In this document: positions 63,891 through 64,000 of the stretch, one piece after another | Layout of the letters: each line of letters opens with the position of its first letter | Position numbering within the stretch: position 1 is the first letter of the stretch | Source of the DNA: the human T2T-CHM13v2.0 reference genome, Homo sapiens | Length of the DNA: 64,000 bases | NCBI RefSeq assembly: GCF_009914755.1 | Contig: NC_060947.1 | Strand: one strand, 5' to 3' | Made by a program: the position numbers and the translations under genes | The notes under the pieces: generated by a model | The model's input: the letters and a program-made list of their open reading frames with translations, nothing else | Database searches by the model: none | What the model was told of the DNA's origin: nothing

Positions 63891-63907
63891 TACATCCTTA
63901 TATTCTC

Positions 63908-64000
63908 TGCTATGGTCTGAGTGTTTGTGTTCCCCAAAATTTATATTTTGAATCCTAATCATCAAAGGGCTGGTATTAGGAGATGGGGCCTTTGGGAAGT
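63908..64000 (+). mobile_element. MLT1A/MST-type LTR 5' start (runs off the window)
   Basis: tgctatggtctga.tgtttgtg..ccccaaaatt...ggtattaggagatggggcctttggga. Confidence 0.85.

Overview
Simian-primate (human-like) non-coding genomic DNA, intergenic or deep intronic. The lineage is indicated by AluJ/S/Y, L1PA, THE1 and MER41 elements. I find no credible host protein-coding exon, rRNA, functional tRNA or CRISPR array. The recognisable ORFs in the track come from Alu, L1, L2, MaLR or ERV sequence, and the rest look like chance frames. Most of the window is transposon fossil: many MIR/L2 pieces (one L2 is about 3 kb), old L1M fragments, MLT1/MLT2 LTRs, six near-full-length Alus plus a 39-bp Alu stub, and a two-LTR THE1D element. 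There is also a three-tier nest (twin-primed L1MA > MER2 > L1PA) and a same-strand ERV1/MER4-group cluster at 51-62 kb. The most unusual structures are: (1) two different solo LTRs (MER41A, MER4A1) abutting with the same GAGG target site present three times; (2) a non-autonomous MER57 provirus with a tRNA-Leu PBS, an internal tRNA-Glu-like Pol III cassette, integrase/env relics and a second, relic PPT+LTR start; (3) two tiny insertions flanked by target-site duplications; (4) a strong CTCF-like motif. Repeat subfamily names come from recalled consensus sequences, not a database search, and boundaries of old repeats are approximate. I cannot support a novel gene system here.
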